In this document: piece after piece, positions 58,666 to 64,000 of the stretch
How the letters are laid out: every line of letters starts with the position of its first letter
Numbering within the stretch: the stretch's first letter is position 1
Assembly (NCBI GenBank): GCA_950097015.1
Contig: CATNEN010000001.1
Span: forward strand, 25,110,001-25,174,000
Length of the DNA: 64,000 bases
Origin: Macrostomum hystrix
Lineage: Eukaryota; Animalia; Platyhelminthes
Reading direction: 5' to 3'
Made by a program: the position numbers and the translations under genes
Notes under the pieces: generated by a model
Database searches by the model: none
Told to the model about the DNA's origin: nothing
The model's input: the letters and a program-made list of their open reading frames with translations, nothing else

Positions 58666-59052
58666 TTTTTTCTCAGAACGCTTGCTTGCGCACTTTGATA
58701 ATGCATTTTTCAGTGAATATGGCAATTTTATGCCCCCGCTGCGAGCCCTCATTGGCTGAAATTTTCAAACAAATCGGTACCTGAGCAGGCTTAAGACTTG
58801 TATCTCCCTCTCGAATGCATCATTTCTACTGTCTTCCAGCCTTCGACCGTCTGTATGAGTCTTATGGTGGAAAAAGCTATTTTCTTGAGAATACATATAC
58901 GAGTATTTTGCGCCTTTTCTTTGGGTTTTCTTAAAAGTATCTTATTTTCTTATGTAGCCATGTCAGCTATAATTTTTACTCAGTTTGTATTGATTCCATC
59001 TGACATGGATTTTCCATGGAGGTTTATACAGAGCAATGTTATTAGCGTAGTT

Positions 59053-59431
59053 GGGGAATCGGTGGCAGAGTGGTTATCGCGTTTGCCTCTCGCACCACGG
59101 TCCCTAAGTTCGATTCCACGGCGAGGCCACATTTATTTGACGCGCAGCCGCGAAGAGAAGGCCTGGGGGCTTGTCATGCAATTTACGCCCCTGAGGGCCA
59201 ACCTCCAAGGCCCCTGCTTTGGAAAGTGTACACTGCCTGACGATGATAAAGTCAGGGCAGATGTACACACCTGTGTGAGCGTGTGCCTGCGTACAGTACG
59301 CTCGTATCTGTGTGCGTGTGTGCTTAGGAGTCAGCGAAACGGGCAGAATTGCCTCATCGCTGGCTGCTGGTCTAGTGTCACCAAATGATGTGCCATTGCC
59401 AGCAGCCCTCCTGCAATTATTATTATTATTA
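59053..59431 (+). mobile_element. tRNA-derived SINE, best-preserved copy
   Basis: A box TGGCAGAGTGG, B box AGTTCGATTCC, (TTA)n tail; TSD TAGCGTAGTT at 59043 and 60318 brackets the SINE plus the nested element. Confidence 0.9.
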
Positions 59432-60304
59432 CACCTTTTTCCGTTCAATTTCAACAAAACTCGCATTCAATTTTATATATAGCTTGACAAATCAACATTC
59501 CAATTCAGCAAACGCACATTCAAGTTCAACAAGCAACATTACAATTTCGGCAACTGGCATTCAATTTCATACCGTAGCAAAAGCTATTGTACTGTCTATT
59601 GTGAAAGGGGGTTGTAGCGTGTAGAAATCTTATTCGATTTCGGCATTTGGCATTCAATTTCAACATGTATATTTCAGGTTGAACACGTTCACATCAAACA
59701 GAACGGAGCAGAAAGAACACACACAACGAAAACGAACACAATTTTTGTTCATGAGTCATGAGTCTTGCAAGACTGACATAATCTTGCCCGCTCTCATGGG
59801 CATCAAGAAGGCGGGCTCTATCCCCGTTGGACACTCTTCCGTATGGCCCTCGGGCTTCCTCTTCTTCTTCTTCCTCTTCTTCATCGCCCTCTTCTTCGAA
59901 GATTTCCTCGTCGATCATAGACGCTGCTCTAGTGTCTTTGAGAGTGGTCGTGTAGAAAGCATACGTGTCAGAAAGTTGGCTTCTGTGTGCTTTCTCTTGT
60001 ATGGTCTGTACATGTTGTATGGATGTGATTGGGATATCTATGGTTGAAATTTAATGCAAGATGCCGAAATCGAATGAGAGTCCTACACGCTACAACCCCC
60101 TTTCACCATAGACAGTACAATAGCTTTTGCTACGGTATGAAATTGAATGCCAGTTGCCGAAATTGTAATATTGCTTGTTGAACTTGAATGAGCGTTTGCT
60201 GAATTGGAATGTTGATTTGTCAAGCTAAACATAAACTGACGAATTTGATTGTCGGCTTGCCGAATTTGAATGCGAGTTTTGTTGAAATTGAACGGAAAAA
60301 GGTG
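59432..60304 (-). mobile_element. Non-autonomous TIR DNA transposon (Tc1/mariner-IS630-like derivative) inserted in the SINE tail
   Basis: Inverted arms of about 230-260 bp (CACCTTTTTCCGTTCAAT...ATTGAACGGAAAAAGGTG); internal residual ORF RVSNGDRARLLDAHESGQDYVSLARL resembles a transposase N-terminal HTH. Confidence 0.8.
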
Positions 60305-63299
60305 ATATTATTTATACTAGCGTAGTTGTCCTTGTCACCAGGGTCTTCGACAAGAATCACTAAATACACTGAATATCTCGACAATGCCTACGTCGGACGG
60401 CTTTGAAAGTTAGTTTGACGTTAAGGGGGGATTTTTGTCCATGGAAAAAATGGAAATGAAGACATTAAAATGGAATGAAGCTAAATATCAGTTTGACTTC
60501 AGGCTAATGCTAGAAATAAAGATTGTCTACGAGCTAACACCTGTTGCTTAGCAACTTGCTGAAGGAGTTGAATGAGCCCGGCTGCACATCATTAATGTCA
60601 TCAGCAAACTTTCTGTTTCGCATTCAGCGCTGCTAGCGGAAGGATGTCAGTCCTTCCAGGATGCGAGGGCCGAGCGAGGCTCCGAGCTGGTGTTGGGTTT
60701 GTCAGGATTTGTCAGGATATTGTCTTTAGGGCAGAAATTTCCTTAAGAAATCAACCATTCTTGCTCGTAGTTTCAGATGTTTTGATGGTATTTAGCGACT
60801 AGGGAATTCAATGCACAGAGTTGGTCGATACGCTGACAAACTAGCTTCCAACAAATTCTCTCGCTTCTTTGTCGTTTCCTTCAACCTTTCACCTGAGTGA
60901 GATAGCTATCAGTGAAATCTTTAAGCAAACATAAGCCAGCTGACATATGGCTACTTTAGATTGTGGAGAAACTTGTATCAATTATTTTTGGGGTGCGAGT
61001 ATTCCTTATTGTGGAATGCAACCGGTGATTCCTTCATTGCGTGACTATCATATTCTACTCAATCCACCGATCAATGCATCAAGTTAGGGAGGCTACTTAA
61101 CTGTGTCTATTAGTCTAGCGAAGTCCATCCCAAAGGTAATCTTTGTCGTATCTATTGACGTAGGTCTTAGTGAGATTAGGAAAGTTTACTTCTTGTGGTG
61201 TCAACGAAGATGAAAAAAAATTGCTTCCAATGGAGGGGTTTCAGTAGAAACACTTTTTGCGATATTTTGATTGCAGCTTAGCTGTAATCGCATAACAGTT
61301 TAGTATTAATCAAATAGAACATCAAAGAACTTTGAATGGGATTCCAGATTCTAAAATTAATATTGGGATTTCGGAAAACAGACAATATGAGTTTTGGGAG
61401 TTCAGAATGGGACTTATCATTTATTTTCGTCGCTTCGGTTCATCAATCAATGATCGACTCGGTACACTTGCCTATCTTTTCTTTAACATCAGATATTTAC
61501 GCTCGTGAGTAGTATGACTCAAGCCTACCTGCCAAATCTATCACAATAAGTTAATTAGAGTAGTTTCCAAGAAATATGTAATTTTAACTAATTGTATCTG
61601 CAAGCAGTACAGGAAAAATTATCCTACATTTTCTAAAATTTCTAGTTGATAATATTCTTTTAGCGCTAGTTTCAAGTAGTTTCAATGCTAGGTTACTTAG
61701 AGTAGTAATATTCACAATTAAACTCCGCAATTCGGAAAGCTCCATTTCACAGTTTGTTTTCAATAAATGAAGACTTAAATTTTGAAGCTTTTCTGCATTG
61801 TGACTAACTAAATTAGATTTTTCAGCCAAAGTTATGCAAGCAATTCAGCATTGTAGTTGAAAATAATAATTTAAACAAATTTGGTCACTTCCAGAATCAA
61901 AAAGTGCCACTTTGTGTTATTTTTTGCTTTTTGTGCGATAATATTTCCGAAATGAAAAGCTCTCTGACAATTTTGTGAACATTGTCACGATAGAATTCTT
62001 TTAGAATCTTTAATTAAAAATGTTGCTAACGTGTACAGACTTAGTGTGTTTTCGATCTCATCCCAGCTCAATTCACGCCGCTTATTATAAGAAATCGACA
62101 CCGACAATGTTAAAAAGCGAATGTCATTCAATGTACACCAAGAGATGATCACGCGACTTTAAATGCATCGCCAAATGAAGACGCGAAAAGCGAAACCGAA
62201 AGTCACATTTTAGAAACAAGCGCCACACGTCATTGTTGCCCGAGAGATAGAAGAGGCAACAGCGGGACTCGTCTTTAGGCCCCTCCTTCCCCCGGCGCTG
62301 CAGGTGTACGGCAGTTCGCTTTATCTGCTGAATCAGCTAAAAAATATCACTCCACAGCGCAGCAGAGCGAGGGAGGCGGAGAGACAGAGAGAAGCTGGGG
62401 TGACGGTTGCTGGCTGGGTTATTGGAAACCAGCTGCTTACCAGCCTTCCCAGTCCTGGGAATCGCTGTGGAGCAACCCCATCTATCCGAAGGCATGCCCA
62501 CCTGTCTCCTTTTCAAAGCAGCAACACGGCAGCAACACTGGGCCTGTGTTGTCATGCCAACAGATAAAGCCATCACAATGGGGCATGAGCAGGTTCTGTC
62601 CCAGGAGGTTCGGCAGTTGAGCATTGAGCATGGGAGAAGGCCAGGTGGGGGGGTATAATCCATTTGGCGTCATCCCCAAGCATTATCTTGTTGAGTTTTT
62701 GGCTATATATTTTTAGCGCTACTCCAGCCCGAGGCGGATCCAAGCCTGTGATGCAGACAAGCCTCATCATGCTGGTAGCCGCTGCGACCTAGGATAATTG
62801 CCTGCGGCATTCCATCCCACTTCCCTCCCATCTCTCGCAGATGTATGGAAATTATTTCTTTGTTCTTCGCTATTTGGCCTGTACTTTGTTGTGTGGCAGT
62901 ACTTTATCATAAGTTTATGGACGTCATAACTTCTCACCTCGCATTACCTAGACACAGGTACCCCAAAAATCTGAGTAGAGGAACGCAAACGATTATAAGC
63001 ATAGTTTTAATAACGTTGAGTAATCTAACTTCTTCGACCATTTCTGCATTCTAAGATGATTTAAATCCGCTTTTTTGATTGTTCCGAAGTAAATCTTTTT
63101 TACGTTCACGACAATTTAAAAAATGTATGCTTGAAAATTCACTCAGTTAACAGCAAGAAAGAATACGAGCTAGTTAGATTAGAATTAGGCGTCCGTGGCA
63201 ACGACTGACGAAGTCTATGAGAAAAATCGATCACAATGACCAACGAAGCCTATCGCACCCCACAATGGTTCTCAAACGCCATGTCTTTCTATTCTCCGC

Positions 63300-63602
63300 T
63301 CAGTCGTCAACAATGATCTTTCGCCCGCCGGGTGTCAAGGAAACAGCCGACCGCCTTGTTCGGTTGGAGCGAGCCCGATTAGCGCCGTGCCGTCCGGAGT
63401 AGTCCGACTCATCGCTGTCGGTGTCGCTGTCGCTGTCCGAGTCGCTATAGAAGTCCTCCGGCCGGCTGATGCCCAGCTTCAGGCTGAGCCACATCAGCTT
63501 GGCGGTGATCTCGTCCTGGATCAGGTTCATGCACATGGACAGCATGGCCAAGCCGAAAACGCAGTAGACAGCGCCGATGAGTAGTTCAATCACGACGCTG
63601 AT
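63300..63602 (-). CDS. Last coding exon of a two-pore-domain (K2P/TWK) potassium channel; rest of the gene lies beyond the window
   Basis: TTTCCAG acceptor, then ELLIGAVYCVFGLAMLSMCMNLIQDEI, typical of K2P TM4 and proximal C-terminus. Confidence 0.75.
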   Translation of the reverse strand: MSVVIELLIGAVYCVFGLAMLSMCMNLIQDEITAKLMWLSLKLGISRPEDFYSDSDSDSDTDSDESDYSGRHGANRARSNRTRRSAVSLTPGGRKIIVDD

Positions 63603-63761
63603 CTGGAAAGCGAAGACCTTCTGGTCATTTTCCTGCATCATTGTGCTTCGTTTTTGTGACAACGCGTATCCGGTTGCAAGCACAAATTTAAATAGAATTC
63701 GAAGCAGTTTCGAAAAAAAGATAAAAAGATGGAATAAATACAACAGATAATAAAAAAAAAT

Positions 63762-64000
63762 TTAATAGCAGGAGGGTTGCGGCACATCATTTAGTGACAC
63801 AAGACCCGCTGCCAGCGAGGAGCCAATTCTGCCCATTTCGCTGACTCCTGAGCACACACGCACACATCGTCAAGCAGTGTAAACTCTCACTGTGCCTTGG
63901 ATGTTGGCACTCAAGGGCGTAAATTGCACTACAAGCCCCCAAGCCTTCTCTCCGCGGCTGCGCCCCAAATAAATGTGGCCTCGCCTCAGAATCGAGCTTA
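63762..64000 (-). mobile_element. tRNA-derived SINE copy with an internal deletion, cut by the window edge
   Basis: Reverse complement of the SINE body. Confidence 0.85.

Noticed and set aside
59053-59125. tRNA gene
   Set aside because: A and B boxes are present but it continues into a SINE body with tail and TSD. Similar B-box remnants near 17878, 20410 and 25285 do not form a cloverleaf that I can see.
62300-62800. GC-richer island with several overlapping short ORFs
   Set aside because: No recognisable motif or splice structure; possibly a decayed transposon.

Overview
Eukaryotic, intron-containing, very repeat-rich animal DNA. The style (GC-rich exons, minisatellite-filled introns, tRNA-derived SINEs) suggests a free-living flatworm such as Macrostomum, which is an inference only. 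Layout: (1) 1-15.4 kb is tandem repeats, dominated by an 11.7 kb purine-rich 24-bp satellite. (2) 15.5-33.7 kb holds four co-oriented minus-strand conserved genes (WDR18-like, ELOF1, SIAH/sina, CC2D1/lgd) with operon-like spacing. (3) 34971-44363 is an intact, apparently very young Ty3/Gypsy LTR retrotransposon with 1157-bp LTRs and an ATAG target-site duplication. Its Gag-Pol junction has a UUUAAAC slippery site plus a predicted pseudoknot, and its Pol frame begins with a cold-shock domain (CSD) just after the Gag CCHC knuckle. This Lin28-like domain pairing inside a retrotransposon is the top finding. (4) 46-59 kb is a tandem family of intronless secreted proteins (PAN/apple-like plus LamG/ConA-like domains) with a pseudogene, a gene-conversion-like tract and several RFX X-box motifs. 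(5) 59-64 kb has a SINE with a nested TIR element and the last exon of a two-pore K+ channel gene. All calls were made by eye from the sequence and ORF track; no database searches were run.
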